Shown here one piece after another: positions 10,772 through 21,811 of a stretch of DNA of 64,000 bases. The number at the start of each line of letters is the position of its first letter. Position 1 is the stretch's first letter. The position numbers and the translations under genes are program-made. The stretch comes from an uncultured Gammaproteobacteria bacterium (GTDB lineage Bacteria > Pseudomonadota > Gammaproteobacteria > JASBUN01): positions 288,694 to 352,693 of the forward strand of contig CAVXJN010000003.1 of the NCBI GenBank assembly GCA_963762165.1, in the 5' to 3' direction. The notes beneath the pieces were generated by a model. It was not told the origin of the DNA and did no database searches. It saw only the letters and a list, made by a program, of their open reading frames with translations.

Positions 10772-11404
10772 ATGACCAACGACACCGAATTCGACCCCAA
10801 AGCCCTGCACGCCACCGACGATGATGTCCCGGAACTGGAATTGACGGACGAGGACATTCTCGATGCCATGCAGCATATACCCGGCTATCTGGACATCAGC
10901 ACCGAAGACTTCCGCCTGGTGTACCACCTGGCGCACCGCCACGCGTTGGAGCGGGTGTTCAGCAACCTGCGCGCAGAGCAGATGATGCGCGTCGGTATCG
11001 AACCGCTTAATCCCGACCTGCCACTGGACAAGGCGGCGGCCAGCATGGCGCACCAAGGTCTGAAAAGCCTGCCGGTGGTAGACGCCGACCACCGCGTCAT
11101 CGGCATGCTTACGGAAACCGACTTCCTGCGGCGGTTGCAGGCCGACACTTTTCTGGAATTGCTGCTGCGACTGGTGAACGATGTCAACCGCTTCACCCAT
11201 CGCTGTCATGAGACGCCGGTCAGCACCGCGATGACTCCGAAGGTGATCACGCTTGCGGGCGACGCCAGCTTCACCGACATCATCAGCGCTTTTCATACCC
11301 ATGAAGGACGCAGCATGCCGGTGGTTGACGAACAGGGACGACTGCTGGGCTTGCTCTTACGTAAAGATTTTCTCGACGCTTGTCATCTGGAGGGTTTGCT
11401 GTGA
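10772..11404 (+). CDS. CBS domain pair protein
   Basis: Two CBS-like segments (LPVVDADHRVIGMLTETD ; MPVVDEQGRLLGLLLRKD). Confidence 0.7.
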   Translation: MTNDTEFDPKALHATDDDVPELELTDEDILDAMQHIPGYLDISTEDFRLVYHLAHRHALERVFSNLRAEQMMRVGIEPLNPDLPLDKAAASMAHQGLKSLPVVDADHRVIGMLTETDFLRRLQADTFLELLLRLVNDVNRFTHRCHETPVSTAMTPKVITLAGDASFTDIISAFHTHEGRSMPVVDEQGRLLGLLLRKDFLDACHLEGLL

Positions 11405-11949
11405 GCTTGCGCGAATATTTCAAAAAGATGCGCGGCACCACCCGCGGCAGTCCACCACGGGTCAACAACAGCGAAGTCTTCTGGTCCTGGGTCGGCGCCT
11501 TTTTGGGCATCGGCGCAGTGGCGACAATCAATCAGTACTGGTTGGCCGGCAGCGACCTGACCCTGGTGATCGGCTCGTTCGGCGCCTCGGCGGTGCTCGC
11601 CTATGGCGCGCCCCGCAGTCCGTTGGCGCAACCGCGCAATCTGGTAGGCGGCCATGTGGTCTCGGCCATTGTCGGTGTCATCGCCTGGAAGCTGTTGCAC
11701 CCTTTCCCGTGGGTTGCGGAAGCCACGGCAGTCGCAACTGCAATCGCACTGATGCATCTTACCCGCACCTTGCATCCTCCCGGCGGTGCCACAGCGTTGA
11801 TTGCGGTGATCGGCTCGCCGGTCATTCATCACCTCGGTTTCTGGTATGTGCTGATTCCGGCTACAGTGGGGCCTGTGATCATGCTGCTGGTAGCGCTGCT
11901 GGTGAACAATATTCCGGCGTCGCGGCGTTACCCTGAAATCTGGTATTAG
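11380..11949 (+). CDS. HPP family membrane protein
   Basis: Conserved HPPGGATALIAV motif and 4 TM helices. Start is ATG 11380 or GTG 11401; the GTG overlaps the CBS gene stop. Confidence 0.7.
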   Translation: MSSGGFAVSLREYFKKMRGTTRGSPPRVNNSEVFWSWVGAFLGIGAVATINQYWLAGSDLTLVIGSFGASAVLAYGAPRSPLAQPRNLVGGHVVSAIVGVIAWKLLHPFPWVAEATAVATAIALMHLTRTLHPPGGATALIAVIGSPVIHHLGFWYVLIPATVGPVIMLLVALLVNNIPASRRYPEIWY

Positions 11950-11990
11950 CGCTTATTTCCGGATCACACCTTCACGCGTCGAGCTTGGTA

Positions 11991-12020
11991 CGCCGCACCT
12001 GACCCGCATCAGGTGCGGCG
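11991..12020. terminator. Perfect 12-bp stem hairpin between convergent HPP gene and sdaA; possible bidirectional terminator (no U-tract)
   Basis: CGCCGCACCTGA-CCCGCA-TCAGGTGCGGCG seen directly in the sequence. Confidence 0.35.
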
Positions 12021-12024
12021 CGGT

Positions 12025-13404
12025 TCAACATTCCGTGAAACTCACCGCCAGGCCGCCCTGGGATGTTTCCTTGTACTTGTCCGACATCTCCTGGCCGGTC
12101 TGTTTCATTGCTGCGATGCAATTATCCAACGGCATGAAATGCTGGCCGCTGCCGCGGCGCGCAAGGGACGCAGCTGCATAAGCCTTGATGGCACCGAAAC
12201 CGTTACGTTCTATACACGGTACTTGCACCAGACCGCCGACCGGATCGCAGGTCATGCCCAGATGATGTTCGAGCGCGATCTCGGCCGCGTTTTCCACCTG
12301 CAATGGCGTACCGCCTTGCACGGCGCACAGTCCCGCTGCCGCCATCGCAGCGGCCGATCCCACTTCTCCCTGGCAACCCACTTCGGCGCCGGAAATCGAA
12401 CTGAGGTGTTTGATCAAGCCGCCGATCGCAGCCGCGGTGAGTAAAAACGTACGCACCTGTTCTTCGGTGCCGTGCTGGTGCTCGACCCAGTAATAAAGCA
12501 CCGCGGGAATCACGCCGGCGGCGCCGTTGGTCGGTGCGGTGACGACCATGTGACCGGCCGCATTTTCCTCGTTGACCGCCATCGCATAGGCGCACAACCA
12601 GTCGTTCATGTCCGCCTGCTCTGGATGCTCGCGCAGCTGAGCGTAGAGCGACATGGCGCGGCGCTGTACGTGCAGTCCACCCGGCAGCTCGCCCTTGGTA
12701 TCAAGGCCCCGTTCGATGCAGATGCGCATGGCGCGCCAAATGGAATCGAGACCTTGATTCGATTCCTGCACCGGGCGGCGTACCGCTTCGTTGCGCTGCT
12801 TCATCTGTGCAATGCCAAGGCCGCTCTCCCGGGCCATGGTCAACATGGTTTTTGCAGAGTCGAAGCCGAACGGTGCGTCGTCGCAGGTATGCAATCCGAG
12901 CGGCGCCTGCAGGTCTCCGATTTGCGCCAGCGTATTGATGAAGCCGCCGCCGATGGAGAAATAGGTTTCTGTCAGCAGCACGTTGTTATCGACGTCCAAC
13001 AACTCGAAGATGATGCCGTTGGGGTGTTGCGGCAAAGGCGGGCCGCGGTCGAAGATGATGTCGCGCTCGGCGTCGAACGCCAGCGCGCCTCCATCCGGTA
13101 AATCGATGCTTTGGCGACGCTGCAAGGACGTTAGCAGCGCATTGACGTCCACCTCGGCCAAGTCGGCCGGCGCGTAGCCATTCAATCCCAGGCTCACGGC
13201 ACGGTCCGTGGCGTGACCTTTGCCGGTGTAGGCCAGCGACCCCTTGAGGATGCAACGCAGGGCCGTCGCTTCAGCATTGGCTCCACTCGCGCGCCATCGT
13301 TCAATCCGATTGCGAAAGTCCGCTGCGGCCACCATGGGACCGATGGTATGGGAGCTTGAAGGCCCGATGCCGATCTTGAACAATTCGAGGACGCTGATGA
13401 ACAT
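12025..13404 (-). CDS. sdaA: L-serine dehydratase (iron-sulfur dependent, single chain)
   Basis: N-terminus MFISVLELFKIGIGPSSSHTIGPM. Motifs AVNEENAAG, TAPTNGAAGVIPAV, SGAEVGCQGEVG. ~459 aa. Confidence 0.9.
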   Translation of the reverse strand: MFISVLELFKIGIGPSSSHTIGPMVAAADFRNRIERWRASGANAEATALRCILKGSLAYTGKGHATDRAVSLGLNGYAPADLAEVDVNALLTSLQRRQSIDLPDGGALAFDAERDIIFDRGPPLPQHPNGIIFELLDVDNNVLLTETYFSIGGGFINTLAQIGDLQAPLGLHTCDDAPFGFDSAKTMLTMARESGLGIAQMKQRNEAVRRPVQESNQGLDSIWRAMRICIERGLDTKGELPGGLHVQRRAMSLYAQLREHPEQADMNDWLCAYAMAVNEENAAGHMVVTAPTNGAAGVIPAVLYYWVEHQHGTEEQVRTFLLTAAAIGGLIKHLSSISGAEVGCQGEVGSAAAMAAAGLCAVQGGTPLQVENAAEIALEHHLGMTCDPVGGLVQVPCIERNGFGAIKAYAAASLARRGSGQHFMPLDNCIAAMKQTGQEMSDKYKETSQGGLAVSFTEC

Positions 13405-13511
13405 GACCGCCTCCACAACGGCGCCGAGCCCGGGTCGCGCGCTCGATACAGCCTAGGGCGCCAAGCCGACAAATGCCAGCTGCCGCGAACGAGTATGAAT
13501 GGGACAACACC

Positions 13512-14407
13512 TTAGTGTACAGGTCGCCCTGCGGTGGTGACGCGCCAGATCGTGTTGCCGACATCGTCTGCAACCAGCAGGGCCCCCTGACTGTCTATGG
13601 CTACGCCTGCCGGCCGGCCCAGTGGATTGCCCTCTGCATCAACGAATCCGGACGTCCACGGGCTCGCCGACAGGTTTGGCATTGACGAAGGGCACGAATA
13701 CGACTTTATAGCCGCTGCGCGGTTTGCGATTCCCGGAGCCGTGCTGGCCAATGAACATGCCGTGGAAGCGCGCTGGTAACGTAGTGCCCAAGGAATCAGC
13801 GAGCCTGATGATTGATCGGACCGGCCGGCAGTTCCGTGACCTTGCTACCGGAAGCGGTGATCCGCAATTGCCCCTCCTGATAAGGGAAACGCAGAATCGC
13901 GTCGGTATCGGCGACGTAGAGCTTGTCGTCGATCAACGCCATACCGAACGGCGAATGCAGATGCTCGAGCAGCACCGAATGCAGGTCGGCGACACCATCG
14001 CCATCGGTGTCGCGCAACAGCGAAATGCGCTCAGCGCTGGGTATCGCGGCGCCGGCCCTGGCGTTTGCCATCGGCCGACCTTCAAGTCCGGGCGCATCTT
14101 CCGATCTTTCCGGGGCCTTGGTCTCGGCCACCAGCACGTCACCGTTGGGCAATACGTACAGCCAGCGCGGATGAGCCAGACCTGCGGCAAATGCCACCAC
14201 CGCGGTACCCGGCGCGCTTTCGGGCTTTTCGCCCGCGGGCCAGCCGGAGGCGGCAGCAATATTCGCGGTAGGCCGGAGGCTGTGCTCGGTGCCAGGCAAA
14301 GCCTGATTGGGGCCGGTCGCGGCGACTACGGGCAAATGCGCACTATCCCCACATGCTGCGATACCCACGGCAATCATGACTCCCAACAACCCACCTCGCA
14401 GCGACAT
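13512..14407 (-). pseudogene. PQQ-dependent sugar (sorbosone/glucose) dehydrogenase family lipoprotein. Pseudogene: central ~100-150 aa of the beta-propeller core missing, plus at least two frameshifts.
   Basis: N-terminal 203 aa (lipobox IAAC, ...LPAGPINH) stop at 13796. The C-terminal segments [27 protein letters not shown] (frame 3) and [36 protein letters not shown] (frame 2) follow within ~45 nt. Confidence 0.6.
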
Positions 14408-14673
14408 CCGGCACGCCCTTTTTGATTCCGTCTCTTCGGTACCCGTCTAGGGTGGTACAATTTCCACGCCCTGCCGATCCTGGGTGCATCTCTCCCGGAC
14501 TGAAAATGCATCAATTGCGTAACGGGTTGCACGCTGAGGCGCCGCACCGCAGACGCCAAGTGAAATCTCGGTTTTCCGATGCTGCCGGGACCGGTTAGGC
14601 TGGGCGTACAATGCCATGCAGGCGGACGGTGAAGAGAGAGGCCGCCGTACATCCCGATGCGCAGAGAACACTC

Positions 14674-15189
14674 ATGTTGAAAAAGCACGCAGCGGCGTTG
14701 TGGCTCGCCGGCTTGTGCATGCTGGCGGTATCGACTGCCCATCCGGCGGACGCCAATGAGCGCATCCGCGCTGCCGGCGCTCCGGCAGCCGATGCGCAAA
14801 CCTTGCGCGCCCTGTCCCAAGATCGGGATTGGCGGGTGCGCGCCGCAGTGGCGGAGAACCGCCGGGCGCCAGCCGATGTGCTCGCGGCGCTGGCGACCGA
14901 CCCGCGCCAGCAGGTAAAAATCAAAGTGGCAACCAACTTGAGCACGCCCGAGTCGGTGTTCATGGTCATGACCCGCGATGCCGATATCGCCGTGCGCAGC
15001 GTCGTCGCGCGCTTCGAATACGTACCGGCTGCGGTGCTGCGCACATTGGCATCGGACCCTGCCGCGGATATCCGCCTGGAGGTGGCGCGCGCCTACAACA
15101 CCGACCGGCAGACCCTGAAAAAACTGGCCAAAGACGAGTACGCCGAGATCCGCAATATGGCCGCCCGGCGCTTGGCCGAAGGTCAATAG
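14674..15189 (+). CDS. Secreted HEAT/PBS-lyase-like repeat protein
   Basis: Signal peptide MLKKHAAALWLAGLCMLAVSTAHPA. Repeated xxVRxAVAxN / DxDIAVRSVVA helical repeat units. Confidence 0.5.
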   Translation: MLKKHAAALWLAGLCMLAVSTAHPADANERIRAAGAPAADAQTLRALSQDRDWRVRAAVAENRRAPADVLAALATDPRQQVKIKVATNLSTPESVFMVMTRDADIAVRSVVARFEYVPAAVLRTLASDPAADIRLEVARAYNTDRQTLKKLAKDEYAEIRNMAARRLAEGQ

Positions 15190-15370
15190 CGTCGCGCTGC
15201 AAGCGCCGTGCAAACCGCCCCTGGATCAGCGAAGGACCGCGCGATGTGTCGGGCGCATGCGCGATCGCTCCTCGGGCGATTAAGCACCGAGTATCACGGT
15301 CGCACTTGCCACCATCGATACCGCGTTCAACGCCGCGGCCGGTGCTCGTTCATGCAGATTGCAGTCGCAC

Positions 15371-16913
15371 CTAAGGCAGGTCGGTAGCGCCCATCAGAAA
15401 GCGGTCGGTTTCCCGCGCCGCTTCCCGGCCTTCATTGATGGCCCACACCACCAGGGACTGGCCGCGGCGGCAATCGCCGGCGGCGAACACGCCGTCGACG
15501 CTGGTGGTATAGCGGCCGTACTCGGCCTGGTAGTTGCTGCGCGGGTCCAACTCCAGGCCGGCGGCTTCCGACACATAGTGCTCGGGTCCGAGAAAGCCCA
15601 GCGCCAGCAGCACCAGGTCCGCTTCCCAGACGTGCTCCGAACCGGGTATCTCCTGCATCTTCCATTGACCGCTGTCTTCGTCGCGGGTCCATTCCACCTG
15701 CACACTGCGCACGCCTTTGACGTTGCCGTTGCCGTCGTCGACGAATTCCTTGGTCAGGATGCAGTACTCGCGCGGATCCTTGCCGAACTTGGCGCTGGCT
15801 TCCTGGTGCCCGTAATCGACCCGGAAGATGCGCGGCCAGGTGGGCCACGGGTTGTCCGGCGCCCGCTGCGCCGGCGGCTTGGGCAACAGCTCGAAATTGA
15901 CCATGGAAGTACAGCCGTGGCGGATGGAGGTGCCGATACAATCGGTACCAGTGTCACCGCCGCCAATGACGATCACGCGCTTGCCCTTGGCGGAAATGTA
16001 CTTGCCATCCTCGAGCCCGGAGTCCAACAGGCTGCGGGTATTCTCAGTCAGGAACTCCATGGCGAAGTGCACGCCGTTGAGTGCCCGGCCAGGGATATCC
16101 AGATCGCGGGGCTTGGTGGCGCCGGTGGTCAGCAGCACGGCGTCGTGGTCCTTGCGCACCTGCTCGAGGGGCACGGAGTTACCGACATCGGCGTTGACCA
16201 CGAATTCCACGCCTTCCTGGCGCAACAGGGCGATGCGCCGTTCCACCAGCGTCTTGTCCAGCTTCATGTTGGGGATACCATACATGAGCAGGCCGCCGAT
16301 GCGGTCTTCGCGCTCGTACACCGTGACCTGATGACCGACCTTGTTGAGCTGCGCCGCGGCCGCAAGGCCGGCCGGCCCGGAACCGACCACCGCAACTTTC
16401 TTGCCGGTACGGCTCCGGGGCGGCTGCGCCTGCACCCAGCCCTGCTCGAAGCCGTGATCGATGATGGCGTGCTCGATATCCTTGATGGTCACGGCGCGGG
16501 TCGGTGATGCCGAGCACACAGGAACCTTCACAAGGCGCCGGGCAGACCCGGCCGGTGAACTCCGGGAAGTTGTTGGTCTTGTGCAGTCGGTCCAGGGCAT
16601 CGCGCCAACGCCCGTTGTAGACCAGATCGTTCCACTCCGGAATGAGATTGTCGATCGGGCAGCCGTTGTCGGACTGACAAAACGGCACACCGCAATCCAT
16701 GCAGCGGGCGCCCTGGGTCTGCAAATGCGCCCAATCGTGCTCGGAATAGATTTCGCCGAAATCCTGCAAACGTGCGATGGGGTCGCGATACGGTTCCGTC
16801 TGTCGCGGAAATTCCTTGAAGCCTGTTATTTTGCCCATGAAAAAGTCCAGCTGCTGAGAAAGCAGGGGCGGCTCAAGCCGCCGCCTGCTGCTTCTTGCGT
16901 TCGCGCAATACAC
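15371..16913 (-). CDS. gltD: Glutamate synthase (NADPH) small subunit GltD; reading frame interrupted by one 1-nt indel near 16495
   Basis: N-terminal part [10 protein letters not shown]...[12 protein letters not shown] (ORF 16179..16913) continues in another frame as [20 protein letters not shown]...[10 protein letters not shown]... (ORF 15371..16690). The junction sequence ccgcgccgtgacc has one extra base. Confidence 0.85.
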
Positions 16914-19900
16914 GCTTGTAATCGGTCGGCATCACTTTCACGAACTGCGACAACGCGGTATCCCAGTCGGCCAGCAGACGCTCGGCCACTGCGGACCCCG
17001 TGTAGCGCTGATGGCGTTCGATCAGATCGCGCAGTTCTTCGATGTCGGCTTCCGCTGCCATGGTTTCCAGTTCCACCATGGCGCGGTTGGCACGGGTGGC
17101 GAATTGGCCGTCGTGATCCCACACGTAGGCGATGCCGCCGCTCATGCCGGCGGCGAAGTTGCGTCCGGTGGGTCCGAGCACCACGACCCGGCCTCCGGTC
17201 ATGTATTCACAGGCATGATCCCCCACACCTTCCACCACCGCACGCGCGCCGCTGTTGCGCACCGCAAAGCGTTCGGCGGCAACGCCACGGAAAAAGGCTT
17301 CGCCGGCGGTGGCGCCGTAGAGCACCACATTGCCGATCAAGACGTTTTCCTCGGCAATGAAACTGCTCTCCTTGGGTGGATAAATCACCACCCGGCCACC
17401 GGAAAGGCCCTTGCCGACATAATCGTTGGCGTCGCCTTCCACTTCGATGGTGACGCCCTTGGCGAGGAACGCACCGCAGACTTTGCCCGGCGGACCCGCG
17501 CAACTTGATGTGAATGGTGTCGTCCGGCAGCAGATCCGCGCCCCACTTCTTGGCGATTTCATGGGACAGCATCGTGCCCACCACGCGGTTGGTGTTGATT
17601 ACCGGCAGCTCGATTCGCACCCGCTCACCCTTCTCCAGCGCCGGTCTGGCCAATTCGATGAGCTGGTTGTCGAGGGCAAACTCCAAGCCGTGATCCTGGG
17701 CCATGGTGGCGTGGGTCTGGACGTCCTCGTGGGGCTTTTGCGCCGGGTACAGAATGCGCGCTCAGGTCCAGGCCCTGGGCCTTCCAGTGTTCGACATCGC
17801 CCTCCATGTCCAGCACATCGACGCGGCCGATCATGTCGTCCATGGTGCGGAAACCAAGTTCAGCCATGATCCGGCGCAGGTCCTTGGCCACCATGAACAG
17901 ATAGTTGACCACGTGCTCGGGCTTGCCGCTGAACTTCTGGCGCAGCTCCGGATCCTGGGTGGCGATGCCCACCGGACAGGTGTTGAGATGACACTTGCGC
18001 ATCATGATGCAGCCCAAGGTCACCAGCGGCGCGGTGGAAAAACCGAACTCTTCGGCGCCCAGCAGCGCGGCGATGGCCACATCGCGGCCGGTCTTGAGCT
18101 GGCCGTCGGTCTGGATCACCACCCGCGAGCGCAGGTCGTTCATCACCAGGGTCTGGTGGGTTTCGGCTACGCCCAGCTCCCACGGCAGACCCGCATGCTT
18201 GATGGAGGTGAGCGGCGAAGCGCCCGTGCCGCCGTCGTGGCCGGCGATGACGATGTGATCGGCCTTGGCCTTGGTCACCCCCGATGCCACGGTGCCCACA
18301 CCCATTTCCGAGACCAGCTTGACGCTGATGCGAGCCTTGGGGTTGGCGTTTTTCAGATCGTGGATCAGCTGCGCCATGTCCTCGATGGAATAGATGTCGT
18401 GGTGCGGCGGCGGACTGATCAGCCCCACGCCCGGCGTCGAGTGCCGGATGCGGGCGATGGTTTCGTCCACTTTACGGCCGGGCAGTTCACCGCCTTCGCC
18501 AGGCTTGGCGCCCTGGGAAATCTTGATCTGGATTTCATCGGCATTGGCCAGGTACCAGATGGTGACGCCGAAGCGGCCCGAAGCCACCTGCTTGATGGCC
18601 GAGCGCTTGGAATCGCCGTTACCCAGCGGCTCAAAACGCAACGGGTCTTCGCCGCCTTCGCCGGTGTTGGACTTACCGCCCATGCGGTTCATGGCCACCG
18701 CCAACGTCTCGTGGCTCTCCGCCGAAATGGACCCGAAGCTCATCGCGCCGGTGGCGAAGCGCTTGAGGATTTCGCTCTCCGGCTGCACTTCTTCCAATGG
18801 AATGGGGCCGCCGTTGGCGCCTTCCTTGAATTTCATCAGGCCGCGCAAGGTGCAATGCCGCGCCTGGCCATTGGCGTGCTGGGCGAAGCGCCAGTAGGCG
18901 CCTTCGTCGTTGGTGCGCGCGGCCACCTGCAGATCGGCGATGGACACCGGATCCCACATATGGCGGTCGCCTTCGGCGCGCCAGTGAAAATCGCCCGGAT
19001 TGGGCAACACTGCGACCCGTACTTCTTCGCGGGTGGGGTAGCCCAGCTCGTGGCGACGCAATGCTTCTTCGGCGAGCACGTCGAATCCGGCGCCCTTGAC
19101 CCGGCTCGGCGTGCCGGTGAAGCAGCGCTCGATGACGTCCTCGGCCAGACCGACCGCTTCGAAAATCTGCGCGCCCTTGTAGGACTGCAGGGTGGAGATG
19201 CCCATCTTCGCCATCACCTTGAGCATGCCCTTGGCCACACCCTTGCGATAGGCGGCGACGATCTTGTCGTCATCGTCGTATTTGTCGCCGGACAGCAAAC
19301 CATCGCGCTGCGCCTGCCACAGGGCTTCGAAGGCCAGGTACGGGTTGATGGCGTCGGCGCCGTAACCGATCAGCAGGCAGTGCTGGTGCACTTCCCGGGC
19401 TTCGCCGGATTCGAGCACGATACCGATCTGGGTACGCTCGTGACGGCGCACCAGATGATGATGCACACCGCCCACCGCAAGCAGGGAACTGACCGCGACC
19501 CGTTCGGCATCGATCTCACGATCGCTCAACACCACCAGGCTGTAGCCATCGGCAATGGCTTGCGAGGCTTCGTCGCAGATGCGTTGCAACGCCCTGGTCA
19601 GACCGGCTTTGCCCTCGGACCTGGCGTAGGTGATATCGATGGTCTGCGCTTTCCAGCCGCGATGGTCGATATGCTTGAGTGCCGCCAGCTCTTCGTTGGT
19701 CAGAATCGGGTGCGGTAGCTGCAGGCGATGGGCGCGGCCTTCGCCGGTTTCAAGCAGATTGCCTTCCGGACCGATGAAGCATTCCAGGCTCATGACCACC
19801 TCTTCGCGAATGGAGTCGATGGCCGGATTGGTCACTTGCGCGAACAGTTGCTTGAAGTAGTCATAGAGCATGCGCGGCTTGTCGGACAAGCACGCCAGCG

Positions 19901-21446
19901 CCTGATCGTTGCCCATGGAACCCACCGGGTCGCGCAACTCACGCACCAACGGCAGCAGCATGAACTGCATGGTCTCGGTGGTGTAACCGAACGCCTGCAT
20001 CCGCGGCAGCAGGTTGTCGGGATCGAAGCCGTGGGGCTCTTCCTTCACCGGCAGCTGCGCCATCAGGATGCGCTGGTTTTCGAGCCACTGGCCGTAGGGC
20101 TGGCGGCTGGCGAAATCGTGCTTGAGCTCTTCGTCGGGAATCATGCGGCCCTGCTCGAAGTCGAGCAGGAACATCTTGCCCGGCTGCAAGCGGCCCTTGG
20201 CCTTGACGTTGGCGGGGTCCACTTCCAGCACCCCAACCTCCGAGGCCATGATCACTTTGTCGTCGTGGGTAAGGTAGTAGCGGCTCGGGCGCAGCCCGTT
20301 GCGATCCAGCACCGCGCCGATATAGTGGCCGTCGGTGAAGACGATGGACGCCGGGCCGTCCCAGGGTTCCATCAACGCCGAGTTGTATTCGTAGAAATTG
20401 CGCTTTTCCTCGGACATGCTGGTGTCATTCTGCCAGGCTTCCGGGATCATCATCATCACCGCTTCCTGCAACGAGCGGCCGTTCATGAGCAGGAATTCCA
20501 GGGTATTGTCGAAGGCGCCGGAATCGGAGGTCTCCGGCTCGATCACCGGGAACACCTTTTCCAACTCGTCACCGAACAAATTGCTCTTGGCCACCCCTTC
20601 CCGGGCATGCATCCAATTGATATTGCCCTGGCGGGTGTTGATTTCGCCGTTGTGGCTCATGAACCGATTCGGTTGGGCGCGATCCCAGGAAGGGAAGGTG
20701 TTGGTCGAAAAGCGCGCATGCACCATCGCCAGATGGGTTTCGTAGTCCGGATCGTTGAGATCGGCATAGAAACGCGTGACCTGATCCGGATTGAGCATGC
20801 CCTTGTACACCAGCACCTTGGTGGACAGGGTGCAGACGTAGAACATCTCGCGCTGGCTCAGGGACTCGTCATTGCGCAGCCGATGGGTGGCGCGCTTGCG
20901 GATCAGATACAGCTGGCGCTCCAGGGCATCGCCTTCCACGCCGTCGGCGGCGGCGACGAACAACTGTTCGATATACGGCATGGCGGCACGCGCCGTAGGG
21001 CCGATATCGGCATTGTCGGCATCCACCGGCACCACCCGCCAACCGAGCACCTGCAGTCCCTGCTCGGCCGCAAACTGCTCGACCGCTTCCCGGCACGGCG
21101 CCCGCTCGGATTCATCCATGGGCAGGAAAACGATGCCCGCGGCATAGCGGCCCGGCTCGGGCAGGGTCACACCCAGGTCCTGCTTGGCGACCTTGGCCAG
21201 GAACTTGTGCGGCAAGGTGGTCAACATGCCGGCGCCGTCGCCGGTGTTGGTTTCGCAGCCGCAGGCGCCACGATGGACCATGCGCCGGTTGATGTGGTCG
21301 GCGTCGCGCACGATCTGGTGGCTGGCGCGGCCCTTGATGTCGGCGACGAAACCGACACCGCAATTGTCCTTCTCGAAAGCGGGATCGTACAGACCTTGCT
21401 TTTGCGGCAGTCCGTAACGGTTCGGCTTGGAGATCTGGTTCGTCAT
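16873..21446 (-). CDS. gltB: Glutamate synthase large subunit GltB; frame interrupted by two 1-nt indels (~17757 and ~17477)
   Basis: N-terminus [37 protein letters not shown] (amidotransferase domain). FMN/Fe-S domains follow. C-terminal GXGXG domain is split across ORFs 17625..21446, 17207..17704 and 16873..17562. RILYPAQK...AQDHGLE and [30 protein letters not shown] connect the frames. Confidence 0.88.
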
Positions 21447-21560
21447 AAGCGCCTCTCGACTACTGCTCCGCGGCGCCCGGACGGGAGCCGCGAATTGGCT
21501 TTGTGCTGCGTTTCCCTCGCCTTCGCTGCCGACGGCTCCATCCCGGTCGCAGTCAAACCC

Positions 21561-21580
21561 GCGCGATCCCGGGATCGCGC
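21561..21580. promoter_or_regulatory. Perfect 20-bp palindrome GCGCGATCCCGGGATCGCGC in the gltB upstream/leader region
   Basis: Seen directly in the sequence, ~115 nt upstream of the gltB start (minus strand). Confidence 0.3.
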
Positions 21581-21811
21581 GCCGCTATCGGTCGGCAACG
21601 CTGCCGCGCCCCGAGCCGACTCGCAATTCCGTGCCGCGCCCACGCCAAATACCGGGGAGCTGTTTACGGTCGCAGCCCCGGTTTTCGGCATTCAACCCTG
21701 TGCGAAATCCGGCCGGCCATTGTAGCGGAACCCCCACGCTATGGAAAGGCCGGCTGCAGCGCCCGAATCCCTTTTGAATCAAGGCAGTTACCCGAACGTT
21801 TGGCGCCCCGG

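Noticed and set aside
17703-21725. Long plus-strand ORFs (17703..19718, 19728..21725) antisense to gltB
   Set aside because: Antisense to a strongly conserved gene. Composition-driven open frames without any recognisable domain.
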